From assembly GCA_965238005.1 (NCBI GenBank), contig OZ250165.1, positions 3,232,001-3,296,000 of the forward strand: a DNA stretch of 64,000 bases, in the 5' to 3' direction. The notes below the pieces were generated by a model. The model was given only the letters and a program-made list of their open reading frames with translations, was not told the DNA's origin and made no database searches. The DNA is from Longimicrobiales bacterium (GTDB taxonomy: Bacteria; Gemmatimonadota; Gemmatimonadetes; Longimicrobiales; Gaopeijiaceae). Below, piece after piece: positions 31,222 to 40,331 of this stretch. A program made the translations under genes and the position numbers. Within the stretch, counting starts at the first letter, position 1; each line of letters opens with the position of its first letter.

Positions 31222-32547
31222 TCAGGGCCCGGCAGCGGCCTGGGCCAGGGCCTCCACGGTGGTGTCGATCTGCTCCGCCGTATGCTCCGAGGTGACGAAG
31301 AAGCGCAGCCTGGACTCCCTTTCCGCTACGGCCGGGTGCAGCACCGGCTGGACGTTGATGCCCTGGCGGAAGAGCTGGTTGGACATTCGCAGCGCCTTCT
31401 GAGACGATCGGGTGATGACGGGGATCACCGCGAAGCCCTCGCAGTGGCCGGTGTCCAGCCCCGCCTCGATGCAAAGCCCATGAAAACGCCGCGCGTTGGC
31501 CTGGAGCCGCGTAACCCGCTCCGGCTCTTCCTCCAGAATCGTGGCCGCCTCCAGGGCGGCGGCGGCGTTGGCGGGAGACATGCCGACGCTGTAGAGGAAC
31601 CCCGGCGTGGTGTAGCGCAGGTAGTCGATGATCTCCGTGCTGGCGGCCACGACCCCCCCGCAGCTGGCGAAGGTCTTGCTAAGCGTGGTCATCCAGAAGT
31701 CCACATCGCCGGGGGCGACGCCGTAGTGCTCGGCCAAGCCGCGGCCTGTGGCTCCCACCACGCCCACCGAGTGCGCTTCGTCCACGAAGAGCATCGCGTT
31801 GAAGCCCTTCTTCAGCTCCACCAGACGGGGAAGGTCGGCAGTGTCTCCGTCCATGCTGTAGAGGCCCTCGACCACCACGAGGCACTGCCGGAAAGCACCC
31901 CGCTGCTCTTCCAGGATGCGTTCCAGGGCGTCCAGGTCGTTGTGGGGGAAGGCCATCCGCCTGGCGCCCGACAGGAGGGCACCGTCGATGCCGCTCCGGT
32001 GCAGGAGGACGTCGTGGACGACGAGGTCGTGCGTGCCCACGATGTGTCCGATGGCCGTCTCGTTGGCACCGTAACCCCCCACGAAGATCAGAGCGTCCCC
32101 CACCCCGAAGAGGGATGCCATCCTGGCCTCCAGCCGCCGGTGCAGCTCCCGATCCCCGGAGGCGATGCGGCTGGCCCCCACAGAGGTGCCCAGGTACTCG
32201 ATGGCTTCCTGGGCCGCGCGGTTCACCCTGGGATGTCCGGAGAGCCCCAGATAGTTGTAGGATCCGTAGTTGATGACCTCCCGGCCCTCAATCCGACTCG
32301 TGGGCAGCGGGGAGCCGTCAATCGAGCGGAAGAACGGGTTGTCCTCCCCCATCTCCGCCAACCACTCCTTCTGGCGCCTCAGCTCGGCCATCCCCTCCTG
32401 CAGGGATGGGTTCGCCGTGGGGCCGGGATGGGGATGATCGCCCGTGGATCCCGCGGCCGATCCTCTCTTCTTCTTCAGAAGCTCCGCGAGGATCTGTCGT
32501 TTCTGGGCCGCCGAGTGGGCGTCGGGTTCGATATCGTCGGTCGGCAC
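31222..32547 (-). CDS. PLP-dependent alpha-oxoamine synthase (SPT/AONS family, WcbT/RkpG-like)
   Basis: GSYNYLGL, EGLYSMDGD, DEAHS, TLSKT (PLP Lys); N-terminal extension with AAQKRQILAELLKKK. Confidence 0.92.
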   Translation of the reverse strand: MPTDDIEPDAHSAAQKRQILAELLKKKRGSAAGSTGDHPHPGPTANPSLQEGMAELRRQKEWLAEMGEDNPFFRSIDGSPLPTSRIEGREVINYGSYNYLGLSGHPRVNRAAQEAIEYLGTSVGASRIASGDRELHRRLEARMASLFGVGDALIFVGGYGANETAIGHIVGTHDLVVHDVLLHRSGIDGALLSGARRMAFPHNDLDALERILEEQRGAFRQCLVVVEGLYSMDGDTADLPRLVELKKGFNAMLFVDEAHSVGVVGATGRGLAEHYGVAPGDVDFWMTTLSKTFASCGGVVAASTEIIDYLRYTTPGFLYSVGMSPANAAAALEAATILEEEPERVTRLQANARRFHGLCIEAGLDTGHCEGFAVIPVITRSSQKALRMSNQLFRQGINVQPVLHPAVAERESRLRFFVTSEHTAEQIDTTVEALAQAAAGP

Positions 32548-32555
32548 GCGTGGTC

Positions 32556-35500
32556 CTACTCCCGCGCCGGCGCCGGCGGATCGTCCAGGAGCTCCTTCAA
32601 CAGGGTGTCCACCTCACTGTCACTGAGGGCGTCCAAGTCCACGTCCGTGCCCGCCGCCTCCGAGGCGGTGGCGGGCGCTTCGCTCATCTGCTGGACCACG
32701 CGGGTGGAGAGCCCGCCCAGGCTCTCCTGGATGTTGAGCTGAACGAGCGGGCTCCCGGCACCCAGGCCGGCCTCCAGGGCCAGCTCGAGGTCCACGCTCA
32801 TGAGGGAGTCCACCCCCATCTCCAGGAGTGTGGTCTCGAGGGAGACCTTCTCGAGGTCCAGGTTCAGAAGCCGACCCAGCGTCTCCTTGAGGAAGTCCTG
32901 GGTGACGAGGATGCGGTCCCCGGGGTCGGCCTCGGTGAAGCGCTCCACGAAGCTGCCCGGGCCAGAGGCGGAGTCCTGTCGGTCCACCATGGATGCGGAG
33001 GGGTCGTGATCGTCTAGGACCACCGTCTCTGCCCAGCGGTCCCATCGCACGTCGAAGGCGCCCACGGCCGGCGGCGCGCCGGCAAGGATCTCGCCGAAGC
33101 ACCGGAAGGCCCGGGCCAGAGGCAGTGCCTGGATGCCCCTTGCGGCCAAGTAGTGCCCTACGGCCTCGTCCCGGGCCACCATGCCCGCCTCCGCTATGGC
33201 ACCCCAAGCGATGCTCGTGGCGGGCAGCCCCTGCGCCCGCCGGTACTCCGCGAGGGAGTCCAGGTACACGTTGGCCGCGGCGTAGTTGGCCTGGCCGGCA
33301 TTGCCCAGCATGCCACTCACGGACGAGAAGAGCACGAAGTGATCCAGGGGCAGGCCCAGGCGCATGCTCGACCGGTGGAGGTTCAGGGCACCCAGGGCCT
33401 TGGCGTGGAACGCTGTGGCGAAGGTTTCCTCGGTCTGAAGGTCGACGGGGGCATCTGCCAGGACGGCCGCCGAGTGGAAGATGCCCCGGATGGGCGGCGC
33501 CAGCGCCCTCATCTCCTCCAGGAGAGCGTCGAGGGCCTCGGCATCGCCCACATCACAGGCGCGGCTCCACACGTCGCCGCCGCGCATGCGCGCCTCCTTC
33601 GACAGCGTGTCCAGCGCCGGGCTCTCCGGCGCGCTTCGGGACACGACGACGAGGTGGGTGGCGCCATGGACCGCCAGCCACTTGGCGGTCTCGAGGCCCA
33701 GCCCTCCGTGTCCACCGGTGACGACGTAGGTGGCATTCGCCCGCACCGCGGGTTCATGCACCCGGCGGGGGAGCGCCCACCGGGGTCCTGGGGACAGCTC
33801 CAGGGAGCGCTTGCCGATGTGGGTTCCCTCGGCGAGCCCCCGGAAAACCTCCACCACGTCGTCCGCCGGCCGGCTCTCCACCGGAATCGCGTGGTAATCG
33901 CCCCTCCCGAAGGCCTCCTTGACCTCCTGGGCGACGGCGTAGAAGAGGTCCCGCCGGATGGCCAACATCTGGTCGATGTCCACGGCACCGAAGGTGAGGT
34001 TCCGCTCGAAGTCGGCGAGGGGCAGGCCCTTGTTGGCGCCGATGTCCGCCTTGCCGATCTCCACCAGGCGCCCGAAAGGCGCCAGGACGCGGAGGCTGGC
34101 GTGGAGCAGGGCGTCGGGGAGAAAGTTCAGGACCACGTCCACGCCCCGGCCGTCGGTGGCCTCCAGGACCAGATCCTCGAAGTCGAGGGACCGGGAGTCG
34201 AAGACCGCCTCCACACCCATGTTCTCCAGATAGGCACGCTTTTTCTCCGTGCCAGCGGTGGCGAGGATGCGGGCAGCCGTCGCGCGAGCCACCTGCATGG
34301 CGGCGTGGCCCACACCCTCCGTGGCGGAGTGGAGGAGTACCCACTCGCTCTCCTTCAGACGCCCCACGTGCTTGAGTCCGTAATGGGCCGTGATGAAGGA
34401 GATGGGCAGGACCGCCGACTGCGCCGCGGACAGGGGAAGATCGCCCCAGCTGAGAATGAAGGCGTCTTCGGGCGAGAATGTGGCGTGGCTGCGGACGCCG
34501 CCGCTGCGCAGGCCAACGATGACTCGCTCTCCAACCTCGAAGTCGCTGTCGGGTCCCACGCGCACCACGGTCCCGGCACTTTCCATCCCCAGGGCGCAAT
34601 GGAAGAAGGTGCCGCGCAGGGACTGCTCGGCGATGCGCCCCATGGCCTTGAGCACGTCCTTGAAGTTCAGGGACGCTGCCTCGAAGCGGATCTCTAGTTC
34701 GTCGCCCACGGGCTCGCGCCGGAGGTGTACCCGGTACCGGAGCCCGTCGAGGCTGGGCCGGCGAGGAAGCTCCAGCGCAGCCGAGGCGTCGGCGGGCACG
34801 CTGATGGGGACCTCGTCCAGGGACGCGGCTCCGGTGGATGTCGCCGTGAGCTCGCGGGCAAAGATCTGCCCGTCGCGGACGGCCAGCTCGCCACCGCGGG
34901 GGAGGAGGAGGAGTCCGGCTCCCAGGCGGGCGAGACTCTCCGGGCATCCGTCCACGTCGACGCACGTCACACCCAGCTTCGGCTTCTCCCGCCGGAGGGT
35001 CCGGGCGACGCCCCACAAGGCGGCCTGACCCGGCACGCCGGTGTCCGTCGGCGTGACGCGCCACGCTCCTTGGGTCACGAGCACCAGCCGGGACGCCTTG
35101 CCCCGCCTCTCCAGCTCGCGGGCCGCCCGGATGAACTCCATGGCCGCCCGCGGATCGGGCTGGACGCTCGCGGTGCTCATGAATATGCCGAGAACGGGGC
35201 CGGACGGATCTTCGCCCGCCCCCACGACCGCCTCGGCGAGCGCCTTCAGGCCGGGTGCATCGTCGCCGAAGGCGAGGAACTCGCCAGCCGCTGCGGGGCG
35301 GACTTCCCCGAGGACGTCCCCGCGGAAGTCCCTCCACTCGAAGGCGTGATAGGGAATCCCCACCCGGGCGTCGTCATGAGGTGCCCGCGGAATCCGCTGC
35401 ATCCGGACGCCCTGGAGCTCGAGGAGGGGCGAGCCCTGCTCGTCGAGGAAGACGATGCGTCCGGTCTCCGATCCATCGAACTCGCCTTCCACCCGAATGG

Positions 35501-38500
35501 TGCCGGCCAGAGCGGCCTTGAACCAGGTCACGCGGCCCACGGAGACCGGGACGGGGGGCGCTTCGGTATCCGCGCACGCCAGAGCGAGCAGCTGCAGCCC
35601 GCCGTCCACCAGGGGCGGAGGACAGCGCAGCCCGGGGCCCAGTGTGTGCCCCTCCGGAAGGCACAACACGCCTTGCACCCGGGTCCCGGAGACGCGGGCG
35701 GACTCGATGGTCCGGAAAGACCCCCGATAGTCCAGGCCCATTCCCGCCAGGAGGGAGTACACCTCCTCGCCGGTGTACGAAGTGTGGTCGGTGCCGTCCA
35801 CGGGGGTCAGCCTCCCCACCGAAGACCGGCTCTGACGCACCATCCGGGCCCGGGCGTACAGACGCCATTCCTCGTCATTGGCCAGGTTCCGGGCGTGCAA
35901 CGTCAGTTCGTCACCCGTGGAGGTCGTCCGCAAGGCGAACGTCCCTGTCTCCCCCAAGGGCAGGAGACTCTCGAAATGCACGTCGGAGACGCCGAATCCG
36001 GCCTGGGGATGGAGACTCTCCACAGCGGCGAGGAAGGTCTCCACGTACGCGGCCGCCGGGAAGATGGGTCGCCCGTCCACGACGTGATCCCGGAGGGTGG
36101 ATAGCTCCGCGCTCCCCAGACTCGTCTCCCAGGAGGGCAGCGGGTCGGGGGTCCGGAGCCCCAGGTAGGGATGCTCTCTCTTTCCCCGACGGGCCATCAT
36201 GGACGCGCGGCTTTCCCGCCACAGGTGCTGACGCTGCCAGGGATACGCTGGAAGGTCCGTGCGCCGTCCGGGGAGAAGGTCGTCCCAGCGGCCGGACCGC
36301 CCCCCGCACCAGAGGGCCCCGGCCGTGCGCAGGAGCGAGTCCCTTTCGCCGGAGGGACGGACGAGCGAGGCGTGCACGGCAACTGGATGTCCGGCCCTCC
36401 CGAAGGTTTGCTCGATGGCACCGGAGAGGACCGGATGCGGTCCTATCTCCACGAAGGTCCGGTGTCCCGCGGCGGCCAGGGCGTGCAGAGTATCGTGGAA
36501 GAGCACCGGCTGCCGGACGTTCCGCCACCAATAGCCGGGGTCGTGTACGGCGCCTTCCACTCGGCCTCCCAGGACCGAGGAAAAGAGGTCCACCTCGGGT
36601 GCTGACGGCACTAGTCCGCCCAGGCACTCCAGGAGCTCGGCCTCCAGCCCGTCCATCTGGTGGCTGTGGTACGCCACCTCCCCGAGAACGAGCGTGCTGA
36701 AGATGCCCTGTCCCTCGAGCTCTCGTGCCACCTCGGTCAGCGTCGCCTCATCGCCCGCCAGGACCGTGGAGACGTGGCTGTTGACCGCGCCTACGGAGAT
36801 CTGGCCTGCATAGAGGTCCGCGAGTTCCCGGGCGGTGTCCAGGTCCAGCCCCGTGGCCAGCATCCGTCCCTGTCCGGCCCGGGTCTGCTGGAGGCGGCTC
36901 CTGTGGAAGGCCACGAGGGCCGCGTCCTCCAGGCTGAGGGCGCCGGCGGCCAGGGCCGCACCCACTTCACCCACGCTGTGTCCAACCACGGCGGACGGGA
37001 CGATGCCCCAGTGGCGCAGCAGTGTGGTGAGCCCGTGCTGCAGGACGAAGTTCGCCGGCTGGGCCACTGCGTTGGTCGCCATCCGGGAGGATGCCTCGTC
37101 CTCGAGCATCTCCTCGAGGACCGACCAGCCCGAATGGGATCCAAAGGCGACGTCGGCGGCTTCCAGTGCCTCCCGGAAGACCGGCTCGGAGTCGTGGAGC
37201 TCGCGGCCCATCCCCCACCACTGGGGTCCTATTCCCGTGAAGACGAATACGGGATCCTCCTCCGAGGCGGACCCATCGGCGACGAGCAATGCGGGGTGGG
37301 GGTGCTCGAGAGCCAGAGCCTCCAGGGCGGCGCACGCCGTGTCGCGGTCGGGCGCGACGACGGCGGCCCGGTGGCTCAGGAAGTCCCGGTGACACGCCAG
37401 GGTGTGAGCGATGTCGGCCAGACTCTCGGGACCGCCCAGGGCGGACACCGCCTCCTGGAGATCCAGGGCCCGCTGCCCCAGCGCGCTTCCGCCCTTGGCC
37501 GACAGAAGGAGGAGTGTGGGGCTCGCGACCGCTTCCGCGGGTTCGCATCGGTGTCCCGCGGGGGCCGCCAACGAGTCCGGTGACGGTCCCTGGTGTCGTC
37601 CCAACACCGCGTGGGCGTTGGAACCGCCGAAGCCGAAGGAGTTTACGCAGGCCAATGGGTCGCCGCGGGCCGACGGCAGCGGCGCGGGCGCTCGGGGCAC
37701 CTCCATGTCCCCTGCGCCCAAGGGGAGTCCGGGGTCGATATCGCCGAGGCTCGCCTGGGGCACCGCTTCACCGTGGTAGAGGCACAGCGCCGCCTTGATG
37801 AGGCCCGCCACGCCAGCGCCGGCTTCCTGATGGCCAGTGTTGCCCTTCACCGATCCGACGTACCGGATACCCCCGTCCTGCCTCCCCCCCAGCGTCTGAG
37901 CCAGAGCGGAGACCTCGGTGGGGTCGCCGATGGCCGTGCCCGTCCCGTGGGCCTCGATGAGAACTACGTCGTCCGCCGACTTCCCGCTCTCCGCGAGCAC
38001 AGTCTGGATGAGCTCGGCCTGGGCGTGGCCATCGGGGGACGCGATCCCCGCCGTGCGTCCGTCCTGATTCACCCCCGCCCCGTGCACCAGGGCATAGATG
38101 CGGTCGCGATCCCGGAGCGCCTGAGCGAACGGCCTGAGGATGACCATCCCCGCGCCCTCCCCCCGGGAGTAGCCGTCGGCAGTGACGTCGAAGGCCTTTG
38201 AGCGGGAGTCGGGGGAGAGGAAACCACCCTTGGACATGGCCACGGGCACGGTGGGGTAGAGAAGCACGTTGACGCCGCCCACCAGGGCCGCGTCGGTCCT
38301 ACCACTCCAGAGGTCCTGACAGGCGTAGTGGAAGGCTACCAGGGACGAGGAGCAAGCCGTGTCGATGGTCAGCGACGGGCCCTTGAGGTCGAACACGTGG
38401 GAGAGGCGGTTGGAGAGCATGCCCAGCGTGCTGCTCGTCCCCGTGAACTGGTTCACCTGGTACTGGTTGAGGATGCCGGTCTGGATGATGTAGTTGTCCA

Positions 38501-38975
38501 GGGTGAAGCCCCCGACGTACACGCCCACCCGGCCCTTCTCCCAGGCCGTCACCGGGATGCCCGCGTCCTCGAACGCTTCCCACCCGACCTCGAGGAGGAG
38601 CCGCTGCTGGGGGTCTAGGCTCTCCGCCTCGCGAGGGGAGAAGCCGAAGAACTGCGCGTCGAAGTCCTCCAGTCGGACGCCGGTGAGGAAAGCCGCCTGC
38701 CTGGGTCTCGCCCGACCCTGGACCGAGCCGTCGTCGTCGGTGAAGCGTTCGGCGTCCCAGCGGTCGGCGGGCACATCCGTGAATCCGTCGTCTCCCCGCG
38801 CCAGGAAGTGCCAGAACTTCGAGGGTGACCGAACACCACCAGGGTACCGGCACCCTATGCCGACGATGGCTAGGGCTTCGCGGGGTCCGTGTGTGTTCAG
38901 TCTATCCATGGAGCGCGCGGCAACGACCTGATGGAGGGTCGACGGTGACGGTACGGGTTGCTCTGTGGCACTCAC
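32556..38975 (-). CDS. Single-module type I PKS KS-AT-DH-ER-KR-ACP, no TE
   Basis: KS DTACSS/EAHGTGT/GHQE; AT GHSVG, VAYHS; DH HVVDGRPIFP; ER LNFKD, HSATEGVG; KR GGHGGLG, QANYAAAN; ACP GVDSL. GTG 38975 overlaps the upstream stop (GTGA). Confidence 0.95.
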   Translation of the reverse strand: MSATEQPVPSPSTLHQVVAARSMDRLNTHGPREALAIVGIGCRYPGGVRSPSKFWHFLARGDDGFTDVPADRWDAERFTDDDGSVQGRARPRQAAFLTGVRLEDFDAQFFGFSPREAESLDPQQRLLLEVGWEAFEDAGIPVTAWEKGRVGVYVGGFTLDNYIIQTGILNQYQVNQFTGTSSTLGMLSNRLSHVFDLKGPSLTIDTACSSSLVAFHYACQDLWSGRTDAALVGGVNVLLYPTVPVAMSKGGFLSPDSRSKAFDVTADGYSRGEGAGMVILRPFAQALRDRDRIYALVHGAGVNQDGRTAGIASPDGHAQAELIQTVLAESGKSADDVVLIEAHGTGTAIGDPTEVSALAQTLGGRQDGGIRYVGSVKGNTGHQEAGAGVAGLIKAALCLYHGEAVPQASLGDIDPGLPLGAGDMEVPRAPAPLPSARGDPLACVNSFGFGGSNAHAVLGRHQGPSPDSLAAPAGHRCEPAEAVASPTLLLLSAKGGSALGQRALDLQEAVSALGGPESLADIAHTLACHRDFLSHRAAVVAPDRDTACAALEALALEHPHPALLVADGSASEEDPVFVFTGIGPQWWGMGRELHDSEPVFREALEAADVAFGSHSGWSVLEEMLEDEASSRMATNAVAQPANFVLQHGLTTLLRHWGIVPSAVVGHSVGEVGAALAAGALSLEDAALVAFHRSRLQQTRAGQGRMLATGLDLDTARELADLYAGQISVGAVNSHVSTVLAGDEATLTEVARELEGQGIFSTLVLGEVAYHSHQMDGLEAELLECLGGLVPSAPEVDLFSSVLGGRVEGAVHDPGYWWRNVRQPVLFHDTLHALAAAGHRTFVEIGPHPVLSGAIEQTFGRAGHPVAVHASLVRPSGERDSLLRTAGALWCGGRSGRWDDLLPGRRTDLPAYPWQRQHLWRESRASMMARRGKREHPYLGLRTPDPLPSWETSLGSAELSTLRDHVVDGRPIFPAAAYVETFLAAVESLHPQAGFGVSDVHFESLLPLGETGTFALRTTSTGDELTLHARNLANDEEWRLYARARMVRQSRSSVGRLTPVDGTDHTSYTGEEVYSLLAGMGLDYRGSFRTIESARVSGTRVQGVLCLPEGHTLGPGLRCPPPLVDGGLQLLALACADTEAPPVPVSVGRVTWFKAALAGTIRVEGEFDGSETGRIVFLDEQGSPLLELQGVRMQRIPRAPHDDARVGIPYHAFEWRDFRGDVLGEVRPAAAGEFLAFGDDAPGLKALAEAVVGAGEDPSGPVLGIFMSTASVQPDPRAAMEFIRAARELERRGKASRLVLVTQGAWRVTPTDTGVPGQAALWGVARTLRREKPKLGVTCVDVDGCPESLARLGAGLLLLPRGGELAVRDGQIFARELTATSTGAASLDEVPISVPADASAALELPRRPSLDGLRYRVHLRREPVGDELEIRFEAASLNFKDVLKAMGRIAEQSLRGTFFHCALGMESAGTVVRVGPDSDFEVGERVIVGLRSGGVRSHATFSPEDAFILSWGDLPLSAAQSAVLPISFITAHYGLKHVGRLKESEWVLLHSATEGVGHAAMQVARATAARILATAGTEKKRAYLENMGVEAVFDSRSLDFEDLVLEATDGRGVDVVLNFLPDALLHASLRVLAPFGRLVEIGKADIGANKGLPLADFERNLTFGAVDIDQMLAIRRDLFYAVAQEVKEAFGRGDYHAIPVESRPADDVVEVFRGLAEGTHIGKRSLELSPGPRWALPRRVHEPAVRANATYVVTGGHGGLGLETAKWLAVHGATHLVVVSRSAPESPALDTLSKEARMRGGDVWSRACDVGDAEALDALLEEMRALAPPIRGIFHSAAVLADAPVDLQTEETFATAFHAKALGALNLHRSSMRLGLPLDHFVLFSSVSGMLGNAGQANYAAANVYLDSLAEYRRAQGLPATSIAWGAIAEAGMVARDEAVGHYLAARGIQALPLARAFRCFGEILAGAPPAVGAFDVRWDRWAETVVLDDHDPSASMVDRQDSASGPGSFVERFTEADPGDRILVTQDFLKETLGRLLNLDLEKVSLETTLLEMGVDSLMSVDLELALEAGLGAGSPLVQLNIQESLGGLSTRVVQQMSEAPATASEAAGTDVDLDALSDSEVDTLLKELLDDPPAPARE

Positions 38976-40153
38976 AGCGCTCGCTCGTAGATCCGCCAGG
39001 ATCTGTACAGGCTGGCGCCGAAGTTGTCCAGTGCCAGGTTCGTTGCCTCGTTGTCCTCGAGGATCCACGAGAACTCAACGTCCTCCACCCCGAAGGTCGA
39101 GGCCCGGCGAACGGCCTCGTACAGGATCAAGGGAAGGACGCCCCCCCGTTGATACCGGGGGAGGATCCCGGTCAACATCGTCCGGACCCAAGGCGTGTGT
39201 CGGCGCGCCCTGAGAATCCTCAGCCAGTTCAGCGGTAGCAGGCGTCCGCTACGCGCCTTCAACATGGCCCGATTGTAGTCCGGAAGAAACAGCCCGAAGC
39301 CCACGAGCTCCCCGTTGGCCGTCGCCGCCACCATCCCGTCCTGCACCATGACGTCCTTCATCTCGTGCGCGATGAAGAGCCACTCGTCCACCTCGAGGGG
39401 CGTGAATCCCCAGTTCCCACTCCACGACTCGCAGTACACTTTCCAGCACTGGCGCATGGCCACTTCGAACTCCGACAGGTCCAGCGGTCCGAGCTCCAGG
39501 CCGAACTTTCCCATCACCCGACGGCTCAGCGTCTCGAACCGGCGGTGTAGATCGGGCACGGTCTCCCCGAGGTGGAGGTGCCACGCGAGGAGATCCTTGG
39601 CCTTCCGATACCCAGCTTCCTCCAGAATCTCCGGGTAGTACGGGGGATTCCACGAGGTCAAGAAGGTCTGGTTGTGCTCGAACCCACTCACCAGGATGCC
39701 GCCTTCGTAGTTGGTGGACGGGTTCCAGGGGCCCACCACAGAGTCGCACCCGTCTTCGCGGAGCCAGGCTTCGGTGACTTCCAGCAAGGCCCGCGCGGCG
39801 TCGGGCCGGTCGGCGCATTCGAAGAAGCCGAAGAAGCCCGGGCGATCGTCTCGGACCTCGTTGCTCCATCCGTTGCGGATGGCCGCCACGCGCCCCAGGG
39901 GGCGCCCTTCCTCCACCGCCAGGAAGAGCGCCCGCTCGGCGTTCCTGAAGAACGGGTTCTTCTTCGGGCTCAGGAGGGCCTTCACGCTCATGCGGAGCGG
40001 CGGGATCCACTGGGGATAAGCGTCGGCGTCGAGAATCTTCCAAGGCGCGTCCACGAAGCGCCGGAGACCGGAAGGCCCGGAGAGGCGGAGGACTTCCATC
40101 AGGTGGATGCGTTCAAGTGGAGGACTCTGGTCCGACGGGGGTTGAGCAGGCAT
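38972..40153 (-). CDS. GNAT-fold N-acyltransferase, bCerS/YghO-like (candidate ceramide synthase)
   Basis: WIPPL, KNPFF, GRVAA, GFFGFFE, GPWNPSTNYEGGILV, NPPYY, NWGFTP, PDYN, SWILEDN, WRIYE. Confidence 0.85.
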   Translation of the reverse strand: MPAQPPSDQSPPLERIHLMEVLRLSGPSGLRRFVDAPWKILDADAYPQWIPPLRMSVKALLSPKKNPFFRNAERALFLAVEEGRPLGRVAAIRNGWSNEVRDDRPGFFGFFECADRPDAARALLEVTEAWLREDGCDSVVGPWNPSTNYEGGILVSGFEHNQTFLTSWNPPYYPEILEEAGYRKAKDLLAWHLHLGETVPDLHRRFETLSRRVMGKFGLELGPLDLSEFEVAMRQCWKVYCESWSGNWGFTPLEVDEWLFIAHEMKDVMVQDGMVAATANGELVGFGLFLPDYNRAMLKARSGRLLPLNWLRILRARRHTPWVRTMLTGILPRYQRGGVLPLILYEAVRRASTFGVEDVEFSWILEDNEATNLALDNFGASLYRSWRIYERAL

Positions 40154-40331
40154 GAAACGGCGGTTGCAAGGTGTCTGCAAAGCTCGATTATTGCCTCTGC
40201 GCGCGGTCCGCGTGGCGGCTGCGCCCAAGTGACCCGCAGGACGGCCCGGCCCCTTCTCGGTCGGGTGCAGGCGGGGACACTTCCCCGCGACTCAGGCCCG
40301 AGGAACGACTCTGACGCGCCACCTACGCTCC

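Noticed and set aside
31222..32547. Calling this gene bioF (biotin synthesis)
   Set aside because: No other bio genes are present; the docking-like extension and coupling to the PKS point to a lipid/polyketide role.
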